NCBI GenBank assembly: GCA_965113315.1
Contig: OZ220382.1
DNA length: 64,000 bases
From: Podarcis vaucheri
Lineage: Eukaryota
Strand: one strand, 5' to 3'
The notes under the pieces were generated by a model that was not told the origin of the DNA, ran no database searches, and saw only the letters and a list, made by a program, of their open reading frames with translations. The translations under genes were made by a program, and so were the position numbers. Shown here in pieces: positions 53,001-64,000 of this stretch (within the stretch, counting starts at the first letter, position 1; every line of letters begins with the position of its first letter).

Positions 53001-53990
53001 AAAGCACATGCAAAGGTTTCCCTAAGATGATGATGATTGTTGTTGTTAGTAATAACTACTACTTCAGTGTAGCAGTAGGAAAATGCTATGCTAGAAGACA
53101 CGCCTTTTGTAGAAAAACAAATATATGTGTGTGTGTGTGTGTGTGACAAAGAAATGAAGGCTCAGCTTGTGTGGGGGAAGTAGGCTCCCCCCCCCCAATG
53201 CTGTCACTTCTGTTGTATTTTCAAACATCATCAAAAATTCCCCTTGAATGTTAATCTTCTTCAGCTGCGCTCAGCACTGTTTAGTCGCTTCCATTGTCAC
53301 CACAAGTGAAAGATGCCCATATTCCTTCTAGCATATGTGACTTATCACATACATTTTTAAAAACAGGGTTCACTTATTAAGACATATGTGATAGTATACT
53401 TCTGGAAATGTGAATGGCTGTTGGCTTAAAGCCACGCACTAATAAGTTGAATTGAATCTAACTACAGTTGACATCTGCTACAATATGGAAGGGAGGGGGG
53501 TGGATGAAAGAAAGGTTCTCAGTTGTCATTAGTGTAAAAAATATTCTCTGCACTTACATGTTGCTGACATCATGGCTGTCTGCTAGAATCAGATTTCATT
53601 CAATGTTAAGGAATCGTTTAACACTGGGTTTGGTTTTTGAAGCTTTGCAGGAGTACAAAGGAAGTTCTTTGAAGGGATTCATCATCAGGATTGATGTGAA
53701 AATTAAGCACTTCTCCGACTTCCTTAGAGTAGTGTTTGAACCTGGCCACATACTTTGATCAGGATGTTCAGGCATTGGGGGCTGCTGTGTCTACCACTAC
53801 AAAGAACAGGGACTTTTTGGTAGTGGCACCCAAACAGGGCAATACTTCATTGCAAACGAGTCAGTTAACCCCTTCATTCTGTGGCCACTTTCACATGCCA
53901 TGCAAAGCTGTAAACCAGCCCTTGCCAACCCAGTGCCCTCCAAAGGCCCTCCAAAGGCCTTGGACTACAATTCCCTTCAGCCTCAACTAG

Positions 53991-54305
53991 AGACCCTCCA
54001 AGTGTCCCTATTTTCCCTATTTAGAGAAGCCATCCCGGTTTCTGATTTGATCCTGGAATGTCCCACTTTTCATTGGAGAAATGTTGAAGGGTATGGAGTT
54101 ATCTGACCCCAGAGCTGTCTGAAGACAATCCTATATATGGAAGTTTTTTTAAAAAATGTTTAATGTTTTATTATGTTTTTATATATGTTGGAAGCTGCCC
54201 AGAGTTGCTGGGGCAACCCAGTCAGATGTGTGGGGTTTAAATAGTAAAATTATCATTATGGAATGAGACGTCCCTATTTTCATCAGAGAAATGTTGGAGG
54301 GTATG
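53991..54305. mobile_element. hAT-type non-autonomous element carrying an internal L2-like 3' end
   Basis: Ends (ag)accctccaa / ttggagggtatg; flanking direct repeat CAACTAG (53984-53990, 54306-54312). Confidence 0.7.
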
Positions 54306-54578
54306 CAACTAGCATAAACTGTGCTTTTAAAAGATGTAAGATCAGTGGCTGCAGCACCGATGACTATGTTCTACCTCCCATGCTGGAGGCAGTATGCCTC
54401 TGATTGCCAACTGCTGACAGAAAGAGCAGACTGTTCTTTTTCTCTTATGTTATGGTGGAGAATTTCAGTAAGCCACTTTATCTCATCCCTCATTTTCAAG
54501 TATCTGCTGCTTTTATGGCTGGCTGACTTATTGGCTATTTCTATAATTAGTTTTTATGGTGGCTTATTGTTTGAATGA

Positions 54579-54930
54579 GGGAACGCAGGTGGTGCTGTGA
54601 GTTAAACCACAGAGCCTAGGACTTGCCAATCAGAAGGTTGGCAGTTCAAATCCCCGCAACGGGGTGAGCTCCTGTCGCTCGGTCCCTGATCCTGCCAACC
54701 TAGCAGTTCAAAAGAACGTCAAAGTGCAAGTAGATAAATAGGTACCGCTCTGGCAGGAAGCTAAACGGTGTTTCCGTGCGCTGCTCTGGTTCGCCAGAAG
54801 TGGCTTAGTCATGCTGGCTACATGACCCGGAAGCTGTACGCCGGCTCCCTCGGCCAATAAAGCGAGATGAGCGCCGCAACCCCAGAGTCGGTCATGACTG
54901 GACCTAATGGTCAGGGGTCCCTTTACCTTT
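54579..54930 (+). mobile_element. Sauria SINE, full length
   Basis: tRNA-like head, body closely matching the reverse complement of 25430-25783, tail ccctttaccttt. Confidence 0.92.
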
Positions 54931-56851
54931 AATGAAGGTTAAGGGTAAAAATAACCACCCCTTTTTGGCTGGAACTGCAGTAGCACAAGCTGGCTGCTGC
55001 TGAAAAATGTGTTTGCTGTATTTCTTTAACTTGTTTTTATGGAGGATAAATAATGGCTACTAGCCATGGCTACTAGCCATGATGAGTTTGCTCTGAATCC
55101 AAAGGAGGGGAGAGTGCTCTTGCGCTTGCAGATTTCGCACAGGTATCAGCCACCTGGGTGGCCACTATGAGAAGAGGATGGTGGACTAGATGGGCCTTTG
55201 GCTTGATCCAGCAGGGATCTTCTTTGGTTCTTGAAACAGCAGCTTTTCCTTTTCCTTTTCCGCTTGTTATTCCTGCAAAGAGATTTTAGAAAGAAAGGTG
55301 GGGGGAGAGAAAGCAGATCATCAAGTATTTTTGTGACTGTTGGCAAAACATTCTTCTATCAGAAGATTCCCAGTAGAGATATAAGAATGGTCAATCGAGT
55401 TAATCAATTGAATATTGTTTTTCCACCCCACCCAGCGCAGCTTCAGAGGCCAATATAGCCATGGTTGTCTGTGATAATTTGGTCTTAGCTTTAGTCAATT
55501 TGCCATTGATTTACACTACAGTTGGGTGGCTGTTGTTTTTTGAAGGATGTTTTGCAAAGCAAATGGCACTAAGGGTGTTTAGCTGGGTTCAGTGGACCAA
55601 AGCAATGACAAGAGAATGTTGGGGCAAGGCTGCAAGACCTCAAAGTAGCGACTTCTGTTTCTCCCTATTTCTCATTTTCCCAGTCTTAGGTTCAATTCAC
55701 TCCTAGTATACTCATTTTTGTATGCGAATTTGCCCCATATGCAGATTTTTGCAAGCACGTTTCGCAAATATAATACATTCCTGAATATAATGCGATGTTA
55801 TTTTCACTAACATATATGCTTTTTAATGCACATACTTTCATAAATGCAGAATAATCTGCAACATGTTTTGCATAATATTTAGTTTATCCATAAGTTTATG
55901 GAGTTGCAGCTCATGTTAGTTCTACTCAGAGTAGATCCACTGAAATTAATGGAGATGTTTAACTTGGGTTTATTCACTTCAGTGGGTCTACACTATGTAG
56001 AACGTAGTTGGATACAACCCATAGTAAAGGGAAGAATTTGTCTTCAGTAGTTACACAAGAAACAGATGTAAAGCAAACATGAAGTTGCACCAGATCCAAA
56101 CCCCATTCAACAGCAGGGATACTGCTTTGTCCAAGCAGGGCAAAACAATCCTTTAAAAGAGTGCTTTTTGCAGGGTTGCTAATTCATACAGAGAAGGATT
56201 TAGGGCACTGTGACCAGTTCTACCGCACGGGGAAAGGGAGCAGCTTCCCAAAATTTGTAAGCACTGAGACATGAGAGCTCTAGAACCCTGCTAGAACCTC
56301 ACATCTTCTCAAAGCCCAGTGACTCCCTTACCCAGTTTTGGGAAGGCAGCATGAGGGCTGGATATCAAATTTTGGGCTCACTCAGGACATCACATGGTCA
56401 AACTGAATGGGCTTAGGATCCAGCCTAATTTCACAGACCCAGACCCAGCCCTGCCACAGCTGTTTTGGTTGACATTCATGGGCCTCAGCTCAGGTAGCTG
56501 AGCTCCATCTAAACTGGGATGAGCAAGTTTGCAGTGGCGTAACTTTTGCTGAGCCAGGGTTGGGGACTTAACTTCAATTGATCCTGCAAGCAACCAGCTG
56601 AGCTGAATCTTGCTAGGCGATTGCCCCCTCAGTCTTTCCTTGTGGAAAGACTGAAATTGCAATACTAGTATGGCAATACATCTGAAATTGCAATACTATC
56701 CCACACACACATACACCGAGGTTGTGTACATACCATACATTTAAACACACATAAAACACAAAGACTCATGGCAACTGCACTTTGCCCTTCACGGATCTAC
56801 CGTGCTCAGCACTCTTAGCAAGCTAAAATTCTCAGGATTCTTTGGGAGAAG

Positions 56852-57030
56852 CAGTGATTTCTTTTCTGGGGGTACGCAGTGGTACACATATCCCTAAACA
56901 TTTTGTGAATCTTTGTACTTTTGTCCATTTACTGTATTTATTTTTACTGATTTGAACTACAAAATGGTGATTTTCTTGAGTCAAAATGAGAGACCCCCTA
57001 AACATTTTCTTTGGGGGGGGGGAAGCACTG
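56852..57030. mobile_element. hAT-type MITE, 179 bp, nested in an older palindromic repeat (about 56724-57079)
   Basis: 8-bp TSD GGGAGAAG (56844-56851, 57031-57038); CAGTG...CACTG ends. Host ends gtgtacataccatacattt / aaatgtatggtgtgtacac; related host copies near 23580-23770 and 51435-51570. Confidence 0.82.
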
Positions 57031-57799
57031 GGGAGAAGAGATGTGCTTTAAATGCTCTTGAAATGTATGGTGTGTACACCACCTTACTCAGTGAAATCTG
57101 CTTGCATGTGTATCTCAACAAGAAGCTTTCACCTATGCCTTAAAAGTCTAGCAATTCTATGTCAACAACTTTTATATTTGCATGAAAAAGTGAATGAACA
57201 TTATATTGTGTTTCCTTACATTATAATGAATAAGTAGGGTTAGAAATATATGTAGATATCCTTCCCCTCGCCTCATCTCCTCCCCACTTCCATTTAGGGT
57301 CAACTAATACAAAAGAAAGAGGAGAAACTAGCTAAATGTTTCAAAGGATAATAGCACAGCAAGGTTAATTTTGCTTCGTGCAGCATTTCCAACAATTGAA
57401 TTGCCTCTTATCCTCCCTCCAGGGTCGCTCCTGCGCTAGCAATAATTGAGGCTGATTTTATTGGAAAATCACCTCTGGATGAGAAACATACTCTAGAGGA
57501 AACAATGCATGGGAACAAATTGGCTTTCTGGTGCCAGGGCCATGTTGGGCTGGCCAGCAGAGCTCTAGCTCCCAATCTGTCTGTGCGTTCATGCAACAAA
57601 TTCATTAACAACTCTTCTGGTGGGGTGGAAGACTCGCCATATTTGAAATGTTTGCTTTTGAATTGTTTTTATTTATTTTTCCCCCTCCAGAAGTTGTCAG
57701 ATAAGAGTTTAGTGAACAAACTCAGCTTCTTCATAATATTGCTTCCTTTTTAAAATAATAATAATGTGTTAATTCTGGTCAGGAAGTTGCAGATAATAT

Positions 57800-58150
57800 T
57801 AATTTATTGATTTATTATTATATTTATATCCTGCCCTTCCTCTACAAGGAGCCTAGGGTGGCAAACAGATATGCGGTTAAAAAATGAAAAGCAAAAATAG
57901 ATTAAAACACTGTTCTCCAGCCAACAAATGCCTGGGTAAGCAGGAATGTTTATGAATTCCTCCTGCAAGTTGATAATGATGGTGACAGGTTCACATTCCA
58001 CAACCCAGGGACCCAACACCGAAAAGGCCCTGCCATGGATTGGTTCACCAACCAGACAGCCTTTGCTGGGGACTTCACCAACTAGGCTTCCCCTCCTGAT
58101 CTCAGTCTGAGATGGTTTGTACTGGGGAGGGCACCCTTTTAGGCAGCTTG
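57800..58150 (-). mobile_element. Older L2 3' fragment
   Basis: Minus-strand RAFSVLGP motif and tail tttattattatatttatatcctgccctt. Confidence 0.55.
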
Positions 58151-59265
58151 TACCAGAAAATATACTGGAGCAGAGAATGGCAACCCTTAGGAAGAGTGCT
58201 AGTGGACACATTTAAATAGTGTCAGTCACAAAATAGCTGCTCTGGAGGAGGAGCATGGCAGAACATAAAATAGTAGCCAAATCTTGAAGGAGCAGAAAAA
58301 GGCAGGATCAAGAAAGGTGCAGATGTGCCCACCATCACCAATCAAGTTACTCCATCAGTGGAGGAAAGGGTACATACACCAGTCACTGCCATGCTTGCTC
58401 ATAGTGAGAAACTCTTTATACATCTCTGTTAAGAAGTGACGGGAGGGAACAGGTCCAGTCCCACCACCCAGTAAAATGTTGGCATGTTTAAGGGTGTGTG
58501 GTCAAGTACAGGAGAAGCTCAGCCAAAGCAAACAGAAAGTGAGAGGAAGTGCAACCACTTTCCCTTGCAATATGGACTATTGAGGGAATATTACCTGTGA
58601 CATTTTGTGGACCTGGGAGGGAATGCCAATGGCTACAGTAGCATTCATAGAAGCCACGTTGGCAACGCCTAGCTTTGAATGTTGGAGCTGGGCCCATGAG
58701 GGCTGCATGCAAATCCCAACTCGCCATGACACTCTCTGGGGCACTTTGTGCTACCCACACACACTCCTCCTTTCCTGCTTCTCAGGGTTGTTGTGAGGGT
58801 AGAATAAGTGTTGCCCTTCTGCCCCAAAACCCTGACTCATTGTGGGAAGGGTAGATTGAGAAACGTGGGGAATGCTTCTCATAATGCTTGGTTGTGGGCA
58901 GTCCAGGGAATGGGCTGGGTTTGGGTGCAGGAGTTATGTGGCCCCAGGATCTGGGCTAAGGAGAATCTAGCAGGCAAGGGAGATAATGTGGGTCATGAGT
59001 CCCACAGGGCAGGCACATGCTGGTGGAAGGGGTGGTGGTGGATGAGGAACAGCAGAGCAGAATCTGGCAGATGGAATCCCTCCCTGCTCCAGGTGGGCTT
59101 TGACGGTGAGGCAGGAGTTCCAGCTGCTCTTTTCCCTCTGGTGAAGGAGATAGTGTTGCCAGAATCAGGATGTTGATACACAGCCTAGAGTGCCTGGACA
59201 GGATTCAGAGGGCAAGAAGGGAAGAGAAGAGAAGAGACACAGCAACTTAGACATAGCACACACCC

Positions 59266-59716
59266 CAGTGGTGTAGCGTGGGGGGTGCCAGGGGTGCCGG
59301 CCGCACCGGACGCAACATCTGGGGGGCGCGCTCGCTGCCTCCGGAGTCGCCGAAGAGCCTCGGGCGCAGGCTGTAGCGGAGCCGCATGTCTCGCGGAACT
59401 GACGAGCTGTGCGCGCGTCCGGGCTGAAGGCGCCCGGCAGGCAGCGGCTCTCAGTGCTTGCCGCGGAGGACGCGCCAGGCAGCCCCTCCTCACAGCCCCG
59501 CCTCCGCCAGTGCTGCTGCAGCTGCTGGGCCATTGCATTTTCCTCACCTCTCTGCCCCCCTCCTCCTCCGGGCAAGCGGCATCGTTTGGGCGGCAGCGCC
59601 AGCGGCAACTCGCAGGTTAGGGGTTAGGGGGGCGCAAATTACTTGCCTTGCCCCGGGTTAGGGGGCACAAATTACTTGCGTTGCCCCGGGTGCTGACAAC
59701 TCACGCTACGCCGCTG
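59266..59716. mobile_element. GC/CpG-rich hAT non-autonomous element, 451 bp
   Basis: 8-bp TSD ACACACCC (59258-59265, 59717-59724); 15-bp TIR CAGTGGTGTAGCGTG / CACGCTACGCCGCTG with two mismatches. Confidence 0.9.
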
Positions 59717-61914
59717 ACACACCCTCAAGCAAGACATAGCTGCAGAAATTGCACTCCTCACAGGTTAACGCACCTCACCTAGGTTTAAAAGCTTGACAAT
59801 CGGGCAAGACAAGCATTGCAAAACTCTGCAGCTTCCATACAACATTAACCACCTTGCCTGTGACTCTTCAACCTTGGTCCTGGCTTTTAGACTGGGCTAT
59901 TTTCTGCTCCTTGTGGCTTTAAAGAAGTTCTGGAACTTGAATATCTCAGTGCTTATGAAGTTGTATCGTTGTTCTGCTTTAACAAGGATCTCTGCCTCAC
60001 AAGTAAGAGCCCCTGTCATCATATTTTTGGGCAGGAGCAGGACACCCTGTTACAATTGACACAGCTGTCAATGGCACCTGTTGCTCTCGTAAAGTCCTAA
60101 CCTGGAGGCTTTTGTAACAGTTCCAAGTCAGAAGAAACCAATGGGATACATGGGCAAAGGGGAGTTACCCTGGAACCTGGGAGAACATCACAACCTTGGG
60201 ACGTTAGGAACTTCTCAATCTGTTGCCTGAGTAGCCCACCCCAAGAGGCAAGCAGAAAGAAACAGATTCGGACACACACACTCAGTTCAAGTGTCAACAA
60301 CTCTTGTCAATAATGTTAGATAATGATTAAAGGCCCAATGAAGAAGAACAAATAAAGACAGTATTACAGTTTAGGAGCAGAGGAATTTGTAAATTCCTCC
60401 ATTGTTGTGTTGTTCTCCTTCTTCTCTTCTCTTTCACTTTCTGTCTTTCCCTATTGGGCATCAAAGTCTTTGTAGAGTCATGTAATTCACACTTTCCTTA
60501 TTCAGGTATTGGCTCATCCATCAGGTCCTGCCAGCTGGTGAGTCTTTTTAATTATAGGAGTTGGCTGCCTGGACAGCACTGTGCATTGACTAAGGGACCT
60601 ACATTCAGGTACATACACAGATTACCCAGACCATGCCAGGAGGAAAAGTAAGCATGCTGCAAATAGAGTGCCTTATGTCCCTGAAGCCAGATAGAAAGCA
60701 GACCTGGAGCTTGTGTCTGTGCCTTTGCTGACCATGGAATGGAAGGGCTAATGATGAGGTCTAAAAGGGCTGATTCAGGCAGATGAGGCTGAAGATGGCA
60801 GAAAATCAGAGCTATTTTTTCAAGCAAGACAGATCTCTGATAATCCTTACCCTCTCAGAGTCAGCTATAATAAAAATGTCAGAAGGCTAGGAGAGCCACT
60901 TTCAACTATGCTTTTTTTCCCTACAAGGAGGGCTGAAAAGGGATTTTTAATTTTCCTGGAAAACTCAAAAAGGATAACAAATAAATCATCCCACATGTAA
61001 ATCATCAAGGATAACAACAAAATAAAAATATAATAATAACTTTCTCTATCTCATTATCTGTCGCCTTGAATTCTAAGAGTGCAATTCATTGGTGCAATTT
61101 ATTGATTTGTTCATGAATTGGAAATAAGTAGTTGTTTTATTTGAGATGAAGCTCATTTTCTACAAAGTATAGAAGCAGTTTACCCCAATCTAAATTCTGG
61201 AAGGTGAAATGTAATGAATTGTATCCAGTACTAGTCTTCCTCAGAGTAGACCCAATGAAAATAATGAACATGGCCAACTATTAACTTAAATGGGTACCAC
61301 TCCTTAAGTACAGCTCAAGTGGATACAATTTGCAATGCATATAAGCCAGAGGAAAACACACCTACCTTCTTAAACAGACACACACACCTGTCTCTTTAGA
61401 TACACAGATAACTTGGATGTTCTCAAAAATGCTTTGGGGCCCTGTAATAAGCTTGCTGTGCTTTGTACTGCAGAGCAGTCACAGCTCAGTTCCCAGGGAA
61501 TGTCAATGAGATGATTATATATATATCAAGCTCCCTGTGTCAGTCAAAGGCAGCTGAATCTCACACAAAATTAGTGTGGACCATACTCCCTTTGATTCAG
61601 TTTCCAGTAACCAGTGCCATGATGTGTAGCAGCTCCTCCACAGTAAGAGTCAGATTTGCCTTCCAAGTTAATAAAAAACGAAAAGGAAGGGAATGATCCT
61701 GTTCATCTGGTATGTCCAAGCAGGAAATATACACCTTCGGGCCACAGAGTCATGCATCCTACCTATGCCCCCAAGTTCCTTGCATGTGTCAGCCTCACCT
61801 TCTCTTTCCCATGCTGATGTTGGGATGGAGAAATATGTCAACTTTAGTTTCTCTCCATTTCTCAGCTTTCCAGTCTTAAAGCCCAGTTCATCATGTTTCT
61901 GTATGGATTTCGGC

Positions 61915-62385
61915 TGTGTCCAAAGCCTTGTTGTTAACATATAAAGTCTTGAACAACTTGGGGACAGCTTCCCTGAAAGACCTGCTGTCCCTTATAGAAA
62001 GGAGAGGTCACTTAGGTCATCTACTCTTTGCACTGCACTCAACAGAATATCATAGGGCATTGATCCAACAATTGGCATTTTCTGCTGTTGCCCCCATTCT
62101 GAGGAATGCCAAATGGAAAGCAGCAAACATCCATTGCTACAGACATCTTGTGAAGAGCTAATTTTTCTGCTCAGACCTTCCCTGACCCATATGATAGGAC
62201 CGTGTTTTATGAGTTTAAAACCTCAAGATTTCTCTTTTATCTGCTTTTATATGTTTCTATGCATTTTCATATTGCTGTTTTACTAGTTTTGGGTTGTTAA
62301 TATAATGTTTGTTTTCTAATCTGTGCACTGCTCAGAGTTTTGAAACCTTAAGTGGTATGCAAATGCTTTTAAATCAATAAATAGC
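61915..62385 (+). mobile_element. Older L2 3' fragment
   Basis: KALLLTYKVLNNLG..LKDLL...AFSAVAPIL; AT-rich UTR ending aataaata. Confidence 0.65.
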
Positions 62386-64000
62386 AGCTGTATTCCAGGG
62401 ACTTGGTTCATAGCTTAAAAAAAAAAAAAGCTGTGAAAGATGTAGTTTTAGCACCTACATTGTGATAGGAGGCGCTACATCATCCTATTTCAGTGAGGGT
62501 TTCTAGGAGGGCATTGTGTCCATAGATAAAACAGTCTTGATATTTATGTTGCCCAAGCTGCTTGAGTATCTATTGTAGACCACAGTTCGGTAATGTGGTG
62601 CCCTGCAGATGCTGTTAGACTCTTATCAGCCCCAGCCAGAATCACTTGTAGTCCTTGGAAAGCACTATGTTGTCTATACCTTCACAGACCCACACAAAGA
62701 ATTGCCTTATACTGATATTGGTCCATCTAGCTCAGTGTTGTCTCCCCAAGGTTTTAGGCAGGGGTCTCTCCCAGCACTACCCAAAGATGCCAGGGATTGA
62801 ACCTTGGACCTTCTGCATGCAAAGCAGAGCAGAGCCAGTGAGAATGTGACCAGGGGCTAGCATGTATTGTCTAGGGAGAGTCTTAGGGGCTTGATAGAGG
62901 GATCCCTACTATATACAATTAATCTTATGAGAAAGTAGACCAGAAATAAAAAACTGTCCTTCCCTCTTAAGAAAACTGTAGCAACAAGAATGTTATTTTC
63001 AACATAGTTGTGTTTTTTTTAATTAAGTTGATGAACTCTTCCCAACCACCAGCTATCTGTAGTCCTGCAATTACCAAAACTGGCGGAAAGAATAATGGCA
63101 AACATGAGATCATTCAAAGCCTCCTCTTAAGCAAGCGTAGCTGCTGCCTCCGCTTTCTGCATTGGCTGTCCATCCTGCACGTTAATGTTTCGGCAGTTGG
63201 CTACAGTTTTGTGGGGCTGCTGCTTCTTTTTCTTTTTTTTTAATGCAACAGAGTTCTTTCAATTATGCAGCCATCATAAGTTTTGCCAACATGGAATATG
63301 GATCGATTTGTGTTCATTAGAGCACAAAATTAAAATTTCATTGCAGCAACTATAAACGTGTTGGCTCAAAGAAGTCAAAATACTTTCCAGTGTGAAATCT
63401 TGGATTAAGTGTCATTGGCAAGCTCTAACTTTTTTTTGTATGCTTTTTTAAAAAAAGAAATGTTATTTCTGTGAGATTCTGCCTTCATTTCTTTCTATCT
63501 ATCTACCTAAACACATATACAGCACATACACTTGTTTTGATCTATGGCCATAGTAGGAACCTTTGGCCCTGCAAATGTTACTGAACTGGAAACTCCCACC
63601 TGCTAGGGGATGATGGGAGTTGTAGTACCACACAATCTGGAGAGCTAAAAGTTCCCCACATAGAAAGAATAAGGTACAATCCTACTCATAGCTAGCTATG
63701 AGTGAACCCCATTGAAGGCAGAGAGAGCTTACTTTTTAATTACTTAACAAAATTGTAATTGTAAAACCTACAAGCAGTTTCCATAAAATATATAAAAAAG
63801 TTCAAAACAAGTTAGCCTTAAAAAGTTCAAAATATAAACGAATCAGCAGTTAAAATGCACTATAAAACAAATTTCACGTATTAAAATGTGTGCAAACTTT
63901 ACTTTTGAATAAACATGCAAAGTACCAGGCCTAAAGACCAGTGTAAACAAAAGGGTTTTAGCCTGGCACCTGAAGACTGACAAGGATGACACCAGGCACA

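Noticed and set aside
59165-59661. Cluster of overlapping GC-rich ORFs or a host CpG-island promoter
   Set aside because: Stop-poor because of GC content and bounded by hAT TIRs with an 8-bp TSD.
59615-59665. Interstitial telomere
   Set aside because: Only three separated TTAGGG motifs, part of the transposon's internal duplication.

Overview
Eukaryotic genomic DNA from a squamate, most likely a lacertid lizard (Sauria SINE, Squam2/Squam3-like SINEs, CR1 and L2 LINEs, hAT and Tc1/pogo MITEs). The window looks mostly intronic to a large + strand AF4/FMR2-family gene, best matching AFF2, of which two short coding exons are visible (26885-26936 and 50035-50072). The only long real ORF belongs to a young Penelope-like retroelement (PLE; RT + GIY-YIG endonuclease) at about 34.6-38.4 kb between two assembly gaps. 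It appears to be two PLE insertions joined tail-to-tail, with three copies of a minimal hammerhead ribozyme, a 734-bp inverted repeat and a 174-bp spacerless palindrome. The most notable observation is that the inverted arm of the second insertion ends at (within 1 nt of) the predicted ribozyme cleavage site, as expected if a self-cleaved RNA was reverse transcribed. Also present: a Ty1/copia RNase H relic split by a young CR1, a second hammerhead family in a decayed PLE remnant, several hAT MITEs with intact 8-bp target duplications, a probable solo LTR and 5S rRNA-derived fragments. The other ORF-track entries appear spurious or derive from these repeats. Family names come from recognition of sequence motifs, not from database searches.
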